From Octopus vulgaris (taxonomy: Eukaryota): a stretch of 64,000 bases of DNA. Below the pieces are notes generated by a model. That model saw nothing but the letters and a program-made list of their open reading frames with translations. It ran no database searches and had not been told where the DNA came from. The position numbers were made by a program, and so were the translations under genes. This document shows, piece by piece, positions 1 through 12,676 of the stretch (position 1 is the stretch's first letter; each line of letters begins with the position of its first letter). The stretch covers positions 18,972,001-19,036,000 of the forward strand of contig OX597823.1 of NCBI GenBank assembly GCA_951406725.2, given 5' to 3'.

Positions 1-180
1 ATATGTGTAAACACGTTTCAAAAGTTACACTGCGACACAAGGGTTTCATCCATCGGCATGAAACTCTCGATCCTTGACTCACTCAGTAACTTCTGCCAAT
101 TATTGTGTGTGTGCATATATATATATATACATATATGTGTGTGTATATGTATGTATATGTGTATATATATATATATAAAC

Positions 181-402
181 TCTTTTACTTGTTTCAGTCA
201 TGTGACTGCGGCCATGCTGGAGCACCGCCTTGAGTCGAGCAAATCGACCCCAGGACTTATTCTTTGTAAGCTCAGTACTTATTCTATAGGGCTCTTTTGC
301 TGAACCGCTAAGTTACGGGGACGTAAACACACCAGCATCTGTTGTCAAGCGATGTTGGTGGGGGACCATCACAGACACACAAACATATACACACACATGC
401 AC

Positions 403-499
<97 letters not shown>

Positions 500-662
500 A
501 ATATACGACGGGCTTCTTTCAGTTTCTGTCAACCAAATCTACTCACAAGGCTTTGGTCAGCTCGAGGCTATAGTAGAAGACACTTGCCCAATGTGCCACG
601 CAGTGGACTGAACCCGGAACCATGTGGTTCGTATGCAAGCTACTTACCAATCAGCCACTCCT
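181..662 (-). mobile_element. SINE family A (tRNA-derived head, CORE-like segment, internal CA/TA microsatellite, CR1-like 3' tail)
   Basis: The minus strand begins AGGAGTGGCTGATTGGTAAGTAGCTTGC with a B-box-like GGTTCAGTCC, then ...TTGGGCAAGTGTCTTCTAC, and ends CAGCATGGCCGCAGTCACATGACTGAAACAAGTAAAAGA. Near-identical copies occur elsewhere in the window. Confidence 0.9.
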
Positions 663-673
663 ACATATATATT

Positions 674-744
<71 letters not shown>

Positions 745-745
745 G

Positions 746-822
<77 letters not shown>

Positions 823-1620
823 ATATGTGTGTATGTATACATATATATATTTATATTTATATGTATAAATATTGCGACGTTGTGAGCACGTAACATAAGT
901 GCGTATATTTCATACAATGGACAAGCATTATCTGATGCAATACTGTATACACTGAATGCAATAGATATGTAAACTATCCTGTCATAGAGGTTGGCATTTA
1001 AAAACAAGTTTCGCCGCTTTGTTTCGCAAGACTGTGGAATTTCGCTTTGCTAACAGTAAGAAATTTGACCACTTACATAGAAGAAAAACAACTTGACCTC
1101 AGCTTCATAGTTATAGAATAACATTGTTAAGAAGGAAGAAAAAATTGCACGTTGGAATTTCAAACCTACGCCATATTGGAAGTATCCGGAAGTGGATAAG
1201 AAAATGATAAGGTATTAAACAGAACTACACGGCTCAACCACACACACACACACTCATGCACATGCACATGCATACACTCTACACTCACACATTTATTCGC
1301 GCGCATACAGAAACGTACAGGCAACACACGTGCGTACGAACGTGTTTCGCATATGTGTCTGTGTCATTTGTTGTATTGTATAACCATGTGTATGTGTTAC
1401 ACAAGTTACACTCGCTTCTGATGTAAGTTTGTGTGAAAGTTCAACGTTCGTTCGTGTTTCTGTTGTCTTAATGTGTTTGCGCGCGTGAGTTTCAGTATTG
1501 CTTCAGGAAAAGGTGTGTGTGTTCTTGTAGTTTTGCAGCGAATGTTTGTATGTGTGTAGATGGGTGATTAAGCATAACATTTTGTGAATGCTTATAGTGC
1601 TTTTTGTGTACATGTGTATG

Positions 1621-1733
<113 letters not shown>

Positions 1734-1739
1734 TGGTTA

Positions 1740-1963
1740 AGGCTGCGAGCTGGCAGAAACGTTAGCACGCCGGGGGAAATGCTTAGCTGTATTTCGTCTG
1801 CCGTTACGTTCTGAGTTCAAATTCCGCCGAGGTCGACTTTGCCTTTCATCCTTTCGGGGTCGATAAATAAAGTACCAGTTTCGCACTGTGGTCGATGTAA
1901 TCGACTTAATCTCTTTGTCTGTCCTTGTTTGTCCCCTCTACCCCTTGTGGGTAGTAAAGAAAT
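1740..1963 (+). mobile_element. SINE family B1 (Nin/Deu-like domain, tail ending AAAGAAATA)
   Basis: Head GCGAGCTGGCAGAAACGTTAGC, B-box GAGTTCAAATTCC and domain GCCTTTCATCCTTTCGGGGTCGATAAA. (TA)nTTAGTGGTTA lies on both sides, a probable TSD. Confidence 0.88.
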
Positions 1964-1985
1964 AAATATATATATATATATATAT

Positions 1986-2290
1986 TAGTGGTTAGAGCAT
2001 AGAGCTTAAGATCGTGAGGTTGTGAGTTCGATTCCCGGTCCGGGCTGTGTGTTATGTTCTTGAGCAAGACACTTTATTTCACGCTGCTCCAGTCAACTCA
2101 GCTTTAGAAATGAGTTTCGACATCACTGGTGCCAAGCTGTATCAGCCTTTGCCTTTCCCTGGGGGAGGCTAGTGTGCATAGGCGACTGCTGGCCTTCCAC
2201 AAACAATCTTGCCCTGATTTGTGCCTCGGAGGGTAACTTTCTAGGTGCAATCCCGTGGGCATTCATGACCGAAGGGGGTCTCCTCCTCAT
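1986..2290 (+). mobile_element. SINE family D head (CORE-like) with tail X
   Basis: TAGTGGTTAG A-box remnant, GAGTTCGATTCCC B-box and CORE-like TGTTCTTGAGCAAGACACTTTATTTCAC. The same head and tail occur at 8535-8888. Confidence 0.82.
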
Positions 2291-2351
<61 letters not shown>

Positions 2352-2414
2352 CGTTTGTAGAAATACATAAATCTGGAGGAGAAGCACACTCTAAGATGTA
2401 GAGCAGTTAATATT

Positions 2415-3228
2415 ATAGTGGGGTAGGCCGGTTTATGGGGTTACCCTGGGTTTCTCGCTTATGGCGTTTCTTCAGACACCAAACACTGTTGGCCTGAGAC
2501 CGCTTAAAATATAGAGGCGGGAAAACCTCGTTGTTAAGGGTAAAACCTTAGGTGATTATCTCTCTTTTCTATTGTTCATCATCCTTCGGCCGTGCTGCCC
2601 TCTTTCGGTCACCAAAGCACCACGAAGGTAAACGATTGTCTCCCTTCGGCCTTAGCTATTGGTTTCTGGTTGTGGTGCCGCCATACGGATTCTAAAAGGT
2701 CAGCCGGAATGTTCTACAATGCAGGCATGGTTCGAAAATCTCCGTCCAGGAGTTCATGATGGACCTAGCATGAGGGAGGTTTTGAGAATCCTCCAGCGCT
2801 CGGCAATGCATAACTTGCACCGTTTCGTCCCATTTATGTAGGAGCCTGGGTTCTCGAGTATTTTCCATGCGATCCAGTATGGAATCTCCTTGTCTCGTAA
2901 TTGCCAGATATGGCTGGCCAGCGATATCACGTATCTCCTTTCCGGGACTCTGAAGGAGGAAAGATGATTGGAAAGACGCTGTTGGAGAGAGTTTCTAGTG
3001 CACCCCAGTGCACCGTAAGATATCAGCGCGGTCGAAGATCGATGGACAATAGCAAAGGGAAATAATCACCTAAAGTTTTACCCGTAAAAACGAGGCTTTC
3101 CACACCACTCCATATTTTAAAGAGGTCTCAGGCCAGCAGTGTTTGGAGTCTGAAGATACGCCGTAAAGCTAAACTCCTTATGAGTGAGAAACCCAGCGTA
3201 ACGCTATAAACTGGCCTACCCCAGTATA
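2415..3228 (-). mobile_element. Penelope-like element remnant: GIY-YIG C-terminal fragment between inverted pseudo-LTRs
   Basis: Minus strand ~3005-2765 translates as ...QQRLSNHLSSFRVPERRYVISLASHIWQLRDKEIPYWIAWKILENPGSYINGTKRCKLCIAERWRIL, a PLE endonuclease C-terminus. 2420-2597 and 3024-3222 are diverged inverted repeats, each carrying CTGAAGA...GAAA. Confidence 0.8.
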
Positions 3229-3256
3229 TTATATATATAAATAAATATATATATAA

Positions 3257-3385
<129 letters not shown>

Positions 3386-3416
3386 ATATATATATATGTA
3401 TATATATATATTTATA

Positions 3417-3451
<35 letters not shown>

Positions 3452-3455
<4 letters not shown>

Positions 3456-3657
3456 ATTCGTTAGCTACTGCACGCATTTTTTTTCCTCTCCTTCTTTCTG
3501 TGTTTTTTTCTCTCTGTGTATCTTTCTGTTGAAGAGCGTAGGCTCGAAACGTTAAAGACTTGTTTTATTTATATTTCCTGAGCGCCATACTAATACAATT
3601 GTTCGTTTGTTTTCCACCTGCCTTCGTCTTTTGTCTATTTTCATAAAGCTTCCCGTT
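3452..3657 (+). mobile_element. Small TA-flanked PLE-like element with hammerhead-like motif
   Basis: 3521-3558 reads TCTTT-CTGTTGA-A-GAGC(GTAG)GCTC-GAAACGT-T-AAAGA. The element is embedded in (TA)n. Confidence 0.6.
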
Positions 3658-3869
3658 ATATATATATGTATATATATATATATATATGTATGTATCTTTT
3701 AAAATTCGTTTATGGTAACGTTGTGGGTTGGCAAATCAAGCTCTTTTTTAATTGTGCCGGCCACCGTCTAATGATGCTGACTAGTGAAAGAAAAGGAGGA
3801 GGAGGGGGAGGGGGAGGAGGATATGTGTTAGCAAACGATGAAGGCACTAGTCGTTGGTAGCTAGAGAAA

Positions 3870-4400
3870 ATTTAGAAAATAGAAGGCAGACTAGATCAGG
3901 GTTGAGTCGCTATCGAAGAACTTGGGTCTTGTGCGGATAAGTACTTACACATTCACGACCACGTCTCCACCCTTGTCAGTCGGTTTGATGAAACGAAGAC
4001 AAAAATCTGTATGCTTGCAAGTTGCGGAGGGGGGGCTGAGAGTTCGACCATGGTGATGTTGAGGCGTTGGAAAACCCTTCAAAATATTGAAACAGTAGAG
4101 ACCGTTGGCGGAAGAAAGATTTGGCAAGAAAAGGAGAAACAAAGAAAAAGGATCGGGTAGCAATGAGTGTGACGGGGTGAGGGTTGATGAGAGGAAGAGG
4201 TTGTTGTTCTTAATATGAGTGAAAGATCGAAGGGCAGTCGGGTGAGGTGAAGGATGAAGAGGGTGGCAGAATGGGCGAAGAGTGGGCGCAAATGGAAGAC
4301 ATGATGGAGAGGAAGGAGTGGAAAGGTTCGGAGAGTTTGCTGTCAAAGATACTCTTTTGGGTAAGAATGGGGTGGATGACAGCGCAGAAGGAGGTAGGAG
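3870..4400 (-). pseudogene. Decayed Penelope-like RT N-terminal fragment
   Basis: The end of ORF 3945..4346 reads FIKPTDKGGDVVV, matching the PLE RT motif IKPADKGGAVVV. The upstream part is low complexity. Confidence 0.5.
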
Positions 4401-4472
4401 GTGTGTATAATTTCTTTTAGGGATGAAAGTATTCCATTAGTCATGCTTATAAGCATTCATTATACTCATACA

Positions 4473-4538
<66 letters not shown>

Positions 4539-4650
4539 TTCGTATTTGTGTGTCTGTCTATATGTGTGTGTCTGGGTGCCAGTGAATGCGCTTCAGTATG
4601 CATGTATATGTATGCGTATATACATATAATTATATAAATATATATATAAT

Positions 4651-4683
<33 letters not shown>

Positions 4684-4696
4684 ATATATAAATATA

Positions 4697-4751
<55 letters not shown>

Positions 4752-5672
4752 GCGCACACGTACATACATAGATACACACTTGCGTGTACATTTATGTAAA
4801 AATCAATAGATATAATTAATGAATACCAATAAAAGTATATAATCAATCAATAATTGTCATTTAATCCAATATATTCCGTATAATGTTGTTACAGAAAACT
4901 GACAGCACAACACGATATTTAAATAAAAAAATATGCATGCATACACACACATATACAAACACACACACAAACACACAAACACACATACACACACACAAAC
5001 ACACACAACCACACACAAACACACATACACACACACACACACACGAATGCAGGTATACATATATTTGTATTCATGCATTATATTTGGACTATGATATATA
5101 GAAATCGATGTACAACACAAGCCGTATTAGAAAATCAGCAATCGAGAAATTAAAACACACACACGTGTGTGTGTGTGTCTGTGTGTCTGTGTGTGCGCGC
5201 GTGCGCGTGAGAGAGAGAGTCCACGCGCGTAGTTACACGAACAAACAAGAAGAGTGTTGATAGCGACTTCGAAGTTTCGTCAATGTAATAATATATGTAT
5301 GTATGTGTGTATGTATGTATGTATGTATGTATGTATGTATGTATGTATGTATGTATGTATGTATGTATGCTTATACATACAGTCATTTTTTATGGCATGT
5401 GGTCACTTTTGGAAAATTTCTTGTTCTTGATATTCTCTCTCCTTCTCTTCGCAAGTTTGTCCCCAACTGTCGCCAAACGATTGTTTTGGCTTCTCTGGAA
5501 GCGGAGACACTTTCAATAAATGGAGATACGTTGTATGGTGTTTAATATATCGTTATTCGTCTTTGGTGTTCAAATACATATCACTGTCCACTCGTGTTAT
5601 TTCTCTTAGTTCATTTGCATTTCGTTTAAACGCGTATACCTGTGTGGGGGTAAATCTATGCGTGTATATGCA

Positions 5673-5705
<33 letters not shown>

Positions 5706-5708
5706 ATA

Positions 5709-5933
5709 CTCTTTACTCTTTTACTTGTTTCAGTAATTTGACTGTGGTAATGTTAGAGCACCGCCTTTAGTCGAGCAAATCGACTCCAGGACTTATTCTT
5801 CGTAAGCCTAGTACTTATTCTATAGGTCTCTTCTGCCGAACCGCTAAGTTACGGGGACATAAACATACCAGCATCGGTTGTCAAGGGATGTTGGGGTGAC
5901 AAACACAGACACATAAACACATACACACACATA

Positions 5934-5976
<43 letters not shown>

Positions 5977-5985
5977 CTCAGAGAA

Positions 5986-6026
<41 letters not shown>

Positions 6027-6190
6027 TACGACGGGCTTCTTTCAGTTTCCGTCTACCAAATCCATTCACAAGGCTTTGGTCGGCCCGAGGCTACAGTAGA
6101 AGACACTTGCCAAGGTGCCACATAGTGGACTGAACCCGGAACCATGTGGTCCGTAAGCAAGCTACTTACCACACATCCACTCCTAAGCCT
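5709..6190 (-). mobile_element. SINE family A
   Basis: Full head, microsatellite and tail, collinear with 181-662. Confidence 0.9.
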
Positions 6191-6292
6191 ATATATATAT
6201 ATATACATGTCCTATCCATAAGGGAAGTAGCAGAGCAGGTGCTAAGATTTATAGACTTGTCTCTCTAACTAACTTCTCATGTCATCAAAGTC

Positions 6293-7833
6293 ATGGAGCG
6301 CTTTGCCAGGAAGAAACTAATTGCGTTCTTTGAAGATAATGACTTGCTTCCTGACACCCAGAATGGCTTTCGTTCAGGAAGAAGCTGCCTCACACAGCTT
6401 TTGCAGCACTATGACTGGTTGTTGAAACAATTAATGAATCATTCAAACGTGAATGTGATATATCTCGACTTTGCAAAGGCCTTTGATAAGGTCGATCATG
6501 ATATGTCACAAACTACAGAGATTCGGCATAACTGGAGAAATCGGAGAGTGGTTGCACGACTTCTTAAAAGACAGGCAGTAGCAGCCAATAGAGCCCTCTC
6601 CACGAAGACATTAATAGAAAATAGAGTACCTCAGGGAACTGTATTAGGGCTGTTCATGGTGACTCTTTCAGACATGCCATCAGTTACACAGGCAGCCACA
6701 CTTACTAGCTATACCGACAACACAAAAGTGGTACAAGTAGTCAAGGAACCTTCTGATGCTAATCTTCTACAGAAAGACCTAGATGCCATATATAAATGGG
6801 CTGAGGACAACATGCAATTTAATGCAGGCAAATTCCAAGCCCTTCGCTACCAGCTAATTGGTGCTCAGAAGTCGCAACAACGATATTTTGGACCAAAAGG
6901 AGTGACAATCCTAGAATCACATACGGTGCGTGATCTTGGGATTGATATGTGCAACGATGCCTGAATTCACAAGCATGTCAACAAGATGGTGACAGTGTGC
7001 CAGATGGATTCTAAGAACCTTCAGAACAAGGGACCAGGAAATTGTGCTGGTCCTATGGAGGACATTTGTCCTCAGCCGTCTGGGCTACTGCTCTCACCTG
7101 TAGTTACTTTGCACTGTAGGATTAATAGCAGAATTGAGGCGGTTCAGCGAGCTGGCAGAAACGTTAGCGCGCCGGGCGAAATGCTTAGCGGTATTTCGCC
7201 TGTCGTTACGTTGTGAGTTCAAATTCCGCCGAGGTCGACTTTGCCTCTCATCCTTTCGGGGTCGATGAATTAAGAACCAGTTACGCACTGGGGTCGATGT
7301 AATCGACTTAATACCTATGTCTGTCCTTGTTTGTCCCCTCTATGTTTAGCCCCTTGTGGGTAATAAAGAAATAGGTTCAGCGATACTACACGAGGTAGAT
7401 TGCATCAATGGAACTGCTGAGCTACTGGGAGAGAGTAAAAGAGCTACGACTCAACTCCTTGCGGCGAAGACAGAAGAGGTATGCAATGATATTTGAATGG
7501 AAAATACTGGAGGGGCTGGCACCAAACTTTGGAATTGAGAGTTATACCACACCTCGAATTGGATATCACTGCACTGTGCCAAAAGTCCCAGCTGCGGCCT
7601 CTAAGGGAAGGACCATGTACTGCAATAGCTTGGGATTCAAGGGCCCACAACTATTTAACACATTGATAAAACATCTGAGGGATCTCCATGGAGTTGGGGT
7701 AAATGTTTCCAAGAAACAACTTGACCTCTTGCTATCCAAGATCCCAGATGAACCAAAATCAAGGCAGGAAACTCAAAAGAGGGCAGCGATATGGAACTCC
7801 CTCCTTCACCAAAAGCCAATCCCAGAGAACTGA
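6293..7833 (+). pseudogene. CR1 ORF2 reverse transcriptase pseudogene (ORFs 6293-6964 and 7408-7833)
   Basis: Frameshifts, stops and a SINE insertion disrupt the frame. Removing the SINE restores IEAVQRYYTR. Confidence 0.88.
7147..7373 (+). mobile_element. SINE B1 inserted in the CR1
   Basis: B1 sequence flanked by GGTTCA(GCGA) at 7141 and 7374. Confidence 0.92.
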
Positions 7834-7911
7834 CCAGTTAAAATGTGATTTATAGTGGCGGTGCCCCAGCATGGCCGCAGCCTCAAGGCTGAAACATAAA
7901 AGAATGTATTC

Positions 7912-7950
<39 letters not shown>

Positions 7951-8480
7951 CAAAACGCCCCCCGTCCAATGGATGGTGCTGAATCATATCTGCTGAATAA
8001 AAAGCAATCAGTGTTTTCTTTTCATTAAAAAATAATTAAGCATGCCTTTATTTCAATAAAATTTTTGGTTTTGTTAAACGAAGTTAAGGCAAAAAAAAAC
8101 TTCTTGAGAAACCAAATAGTCTTTCCTTCCTTCATGCCAAGTTTGAAGAAAATATCTCTTTTGCATCTTACATTTTTGGTCTCTTAAATATACTGCATTT
8201 TGTGGCATTATTTCAAGCCAGCCGGCTTTATTGTGCAGACTGCACGTGCATTTTTCTCGCTAATGCGTAGTATCGATCGCAATAGCTGATGTACTTGCGC
8301 GTACAAATGCACGTTCCCACGGCTTTATCGATCGCATTCTCACCGGGAATCGATTTTTGTAATGTTTTCAAGACTTATACACGCCCTGATACCGTCGGTA
8401 TCTACATATCAAATGTGAGCGCAATCGGATGGAGAATGCCCGAGATCCTAGAAGACACAGACAGACAGACAGAACGGATT

Positions 8481-8528
<48 letters not shown>

Positions 8529-8534
8529 TAAACT

Positions 8535-8888
8535 CGACTCCGTCGGTCACGAATTTCCATGGGTGCACCTAAGAGGTTTCTCTCCGGGGTACATGTCTGG
8601 GTGGAAAGTCGCCTCACCGGCGAACGTACAACCTAGGGTTGTTTTTATGGAAGACCAGCAGTCACCCATACATACAGGCCTCTCCTCGCCACACCACTTA
8701 TGTTATCCAAGGGAAAGGCAAAGGCCGATACAGCTTGGCACCAGTGACGTCAAAACTCATTTCTAAAGCTGAGTGAACAGGAGCAACGTGAAATAAAGTG
8801 TCTTGCTCAAGAACACAACACGCAGCCCAGTCTGGGAATCGAATTCACAACCTCACGATCGTAAGCTCGACGCTGTAACCACTGAGCT
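8535..8888 (-). mobile_element. SINE D head with tail X
   Basis: Reverse complement of the 1986-2290 type (AAATAAAGTGTCTTGCTCAAGAACACAAC; GCCGATACAGCTTGGCACCAGTGACGTC). Confidence 0.8.
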
Positions 8889-8894
8889 AGGCTA

Positions 8895-9170
8895 TATTCT
8901 TTTACTTTTTTACTTATTTCAGTGATTTGGCTGTGGTCATGCTGGAGCACCACTTTGAAGGGTTTTAGTCGAAGAAATCGATCCTGGTCGAACAAATTGA
9001 CTATTTTTTAAGCCTAGTACTTATTGTATCGTTCTTTTGCCGAACTGTTAAGTTACGGGGGCATAAATACACCAATACCGGTCAAGCAGCGATGAGGGAA
9101 GAAACACAGACACAGCCACACACATACGCATACACACACGCACACATACACATACACAAACACACACACA
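8895..9170 (-). mobile_element. SINE A, 3' half only
   Basis: Tail plus the CA-repeat part; the head is missing. Confidence 0.75.
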
Positions 9171-9425
9171 CAGAATCCCAGCCCTGTTTAACATCGTTCC
9201 AAAACTGATCAAAGAAGAAAAGGATCCCATCACCTTCAAACGGAGTCTGGACAGATTTCTTCAAGGAATACCGGATAAGTCACCCATACCAACTCACTCA
9301 ACAAGAACTACTTGAATGGAACATAAACAAATCTTGACTTAAAAAGGATTTAGATAATCCTATCAGGTGGTGCTATTAAGTTAGACATGGCCTGGACTAA
9401 TCTTTGGTTGAAACATATCTAAGTT
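9171..9425 (+). mobile_element. CR1-like LINE 3' end (second subfamily)
   Basis: Translates as PALFNIVPKLIKEEKDPITFKRSLDRFLQGIPDK, a CR1 ORF2 C-terminus. Tail CATGGCC...TGAAACATA. Confidence 0.6.
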
Positions 9426-9510
9426 GACTTCAGTTTATATTTATATATATATTACGGAGATGTACTTGCATAGCAAGTGATCTGATCTGAGATCCTGTGT
9501 TGGAACGAAA

Positions 9511-9752
9511 ACAATTGCAGCGTGGAAGATGTTTATAAGCCATTTAAGAAACACACAAAACCGTTAGATTCACTTCAACATTTAAATTTACTTTGCTAAA
9601 ATGCAGCACGGAATTTTGTCAGTGAACGGGTCGCGGTCTCAAAGCGACGAAAATATTTTGGCAAATTAAATTTAAATGTTGAAGTGAATCTATAGCGGTT
9701 TTATGTGTTTCTTAAATGGCTTATAAACGCTTACCTTCAACGCTGCAATTGT
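9511..9752. mobile_element. Palindromic PLE-like insertion (~92-99 bp imperfect arms) with a central hammerhead-like motif
   Basis: 9511-9602 is inverted relative to 9654-9752. 9615-9665 folds as a minimal type-I hammerhead variant. Confidence 0.65.
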
Positions 9753-9792
9753 ATATATATATATATATAGCGACGTACATACACTTTGTTCT

Positions 9793-9833
<41 letters not shown>

Positions 9834-9910
9834 AGGGGGGTTCGCCCAGACATCCGAAACTCGGTGATTTATCATGGTTACCGAATAATTGTCAGATATT
9901 ATATTTACAG

Positions 9911-9984
<74 letters not shown>

Positions 9985-9989
9985 GCATA

Positions 9990-10140
9990 TATACGACGGG
10001 CGTCTTTCAGATTCCGTCTACCAAATCCACTCACAAGGCTTTGGTCGGCTCGAGGCTAAAATAGAAGACACTTGCCAGAGGTGAACCCGGAACCATGTGG
10101 TTGGTAGTAAGCAAGCTACTTACCACACAGCCACTTCTAC
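9990..10140 (-). mobile_element. SINE A head half
   Basis: ACGACGGG...CCAAATCCACTCACAAGGCTTTGGTCGG...GCTACTTACCACACAGCCAC. Confidence 0.8.
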
Positions 10141-10479
10141 GACTATAAAGTGAGGGTGAGATGCTATATGTCTAACACTCATTCCTATGTAATGCCATGC
10201 TTGCTAATATTGTCCCCTGGAGAGATGACCAACGTGTCACAGTTCCATACTTTTTTGATATTGATTGATAACAACGAAGAAATATGAGAGAAAGACAAGT
10301 GGAGAAGGGGAAATCATATTTGGCGATATAGAGAAGAGAGCGAGAGAGAGATGGAGAGGTAGGTAGGTAGGTAGGTAGGTAGGTAGGTAGGTAGGTAGGT
10401 AGGTAGGTAGGTAGGTAGGTGGGATTGGGTTGGTGATGGATCGGAAGATAAGCATGTAGGTAGACAGATAGAGTGAGAG

Positions 10480-10480
<1 letters not shown>

Positions 10481-10541
<61 letters not shown>

Positions 10542-10583
10542 GCGTAGAGAAAAGAAGAAAGAAAGAAAGAAAGAAAGGCGTAG

Positions 10584-10626
<43 letters not shown>

Positions 10627-10652
10627 AAAGCGTAGAGAAAAGAAGGAAGAAA

Positions 10653-10722
<70 letters not shown>

Positions 10723-10746
10723 AGGAAGAAAGAAAGAAGGAAGGAA

Positions 10747-10791
<45 letters not shown>

Positions 10792-10806
10792 GCGTAGAGA
10801 AAAGAA

Positions 10807-10884
<78 letters not shown>

Positions 10885-10923
10885 AGGAAGAAAGAAAGAA
10901 AGAAGGAAGAAAGAAAGAAGGAA

Positions 10924-10984
<61 letters not shown>

Positions 10985-10995
10985 GCGTAGAGAAA

Positions 10996-11059
<64 letters not shown>

Positions 11060-11068
11060 GCTTAGAGA
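10481..11068. repeat. (GAAA)n array with recurrent GGCGTAGA interruptions
   Basis: About 580 bp of almost pure purine. GGCGTAGAG-like islands lie near 10541, 10577, 10630, 10791, 10984 and 11059. Confidence 0.95.
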
Positions 11069-11309
11069 ATAAAGGGTAAGGGAAGAAACGTATGATGTCA
11101 GAATGCAATCCTAAACCAACCGTTCGATTTTTTTTCCCTTCATGTTTGCACAAGCTTTGCTATCATGTCATCTTATGTACACAAATGCATCAACTGTATT
11201 AATAACATGTTACTGCTGCGATCGCTGCACAATTTGCGGCAACTCATATCATTGCTATCGGTGTAACATTAAAATGTTTCATTAAATTTCAACTGCAAGG
11301 CAATCAATA

Positions 11310-11520
11310 TGGTCATTTGATTTGCTAGAAATAACAGCCAAATTTTCCACCCTCAAAACACCACATCTTTTAATCTTGAAAAATAGGGTAGACGTATTAG
11401 ATAATGTGACCTGAATGTACACTGTCTTGAGAAAAAAGGACCGAATGGTTATCGAGAGGATAGTTTTTAACCATAAATTCACGTCGGTAAAAGTGATTTT
11501 GAGCTAAACAACAATAATAG
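11310..11520. mobile_element. Old dispersed SINE-tail-like repeat (related copies ~19360-19540, 27770-28110, 37190-37360, 60220-60400)
   Basis: Shared degenerate motifs AGAAATAACAGCCAAA...GATAATGT...GGTCATGGCTGGAATGCC...GCTAAACAAC. Confidence 0.45.
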
Positions 11521-12216
11521 CGACTGCACAGCCATACCTGGTCTGAAGACTAAAATGGCTGCCACAGTGAGGTCACGTGGTCATGGATATCATCACTATT
11601 AGCATCATGGAGACGGCATGGAACAGCTGCATGGCTGAGTATAGTTGTGTATGTGTGTATGTGTTCAGTATCTGTATGTGTGCGTGTATGCGTGCGTATA
11701 TGTGTACGTGTCCGTGTGTGTATGTACGTGTACGTGTGTGTGTGTGTATGTGTGTGCCTTGAGAGCATTCGGTGGTGTGTGTGTATGTGTGTGTGTTTAT
11801 GTGTGTCTATGTGTCTGCGTGTGTGTATACATGTATGTGTGTGTATGCATGTGTGGGTGTGCGCGTGTGTATGTGTGTGTTATATGTGTGAGTATGTAGA
11901 AGGTGTATTTTAGTCTGTGTATGTTTTTATACCCTGAAAGCATCCGTAAGTATGCGTGTGTGTGTGTGTGTATGTGTCTGTGTGTGTGTGCGTGCGTGTG
12001 TGCGTGTGTTTGTGTCTGTGTGTGTGTGTGTAGATGTTGAATGCATGTGTTTATGTTTAAGTGTTTAACTTGATTGCCGATCTCAACAGCCAAGTGGTGG
12101 AGGTGATGGTGTTGGTGGTGGTGGTAGTAGTCGTATTCTTGTTTTGTTGGGGGGGGGCGATTTTTTGTTAAGGACAGAACATTAGTGATGGGGTATTTTA
12201 TTTTTTTGCAGTTCTT

Positions 12217-12247
<31 letters not shown>

Positions 12248-12458
12248 GTGGTAGTGGTGGTGGTGGTGGTGGTGGTGGTTGCAGTGCTGCTGCTGATGAT
12301 GATGCTGTTGCACCTAATACTGTTGTTGCTGCTGCAGCTGGCGGTTCTAGTGGTGATATATACATTTATATATCACCATATATATATATACATATATATG
12401 TATGTATATATATATATATATGTATGTATGTATGTATATATATATATATGTATGTATG

Positions 12459-12500
<42 letters not shown>

Positions 12501-12565
12501 GTGTATATATATATAAATATATATATATATGTATGTATATGCATATATATATGTGTGTGAGTGTG

Positions 12566-12676
<111 letters not shown>

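Larger units (their letters stand above)
6208..7906 (+). mobile_element. 5'-truncated CR1-clade LINE (RT to 3' tail), interrupted by a B1 SINE
   Basis: RT motifs QNGFRSGRSCLTQL, YLDFAKAFDKVDH, VPQGTVLG, YTDNTK (degenerate YADD) and VRDLG. C-terminus SYWERVKELRLNSL...KGPQLFNTL. Tail CAGCATGGCCGCAGCCTCAAGGCTGAAACATAAAAGAAT. Confidence 0.92.

Noticed and set aside
10314-11153. 279-aa FLSF-repeat membrane-like ORF
   Set aside because: It is the antisense reading of the (GAAA)n array.
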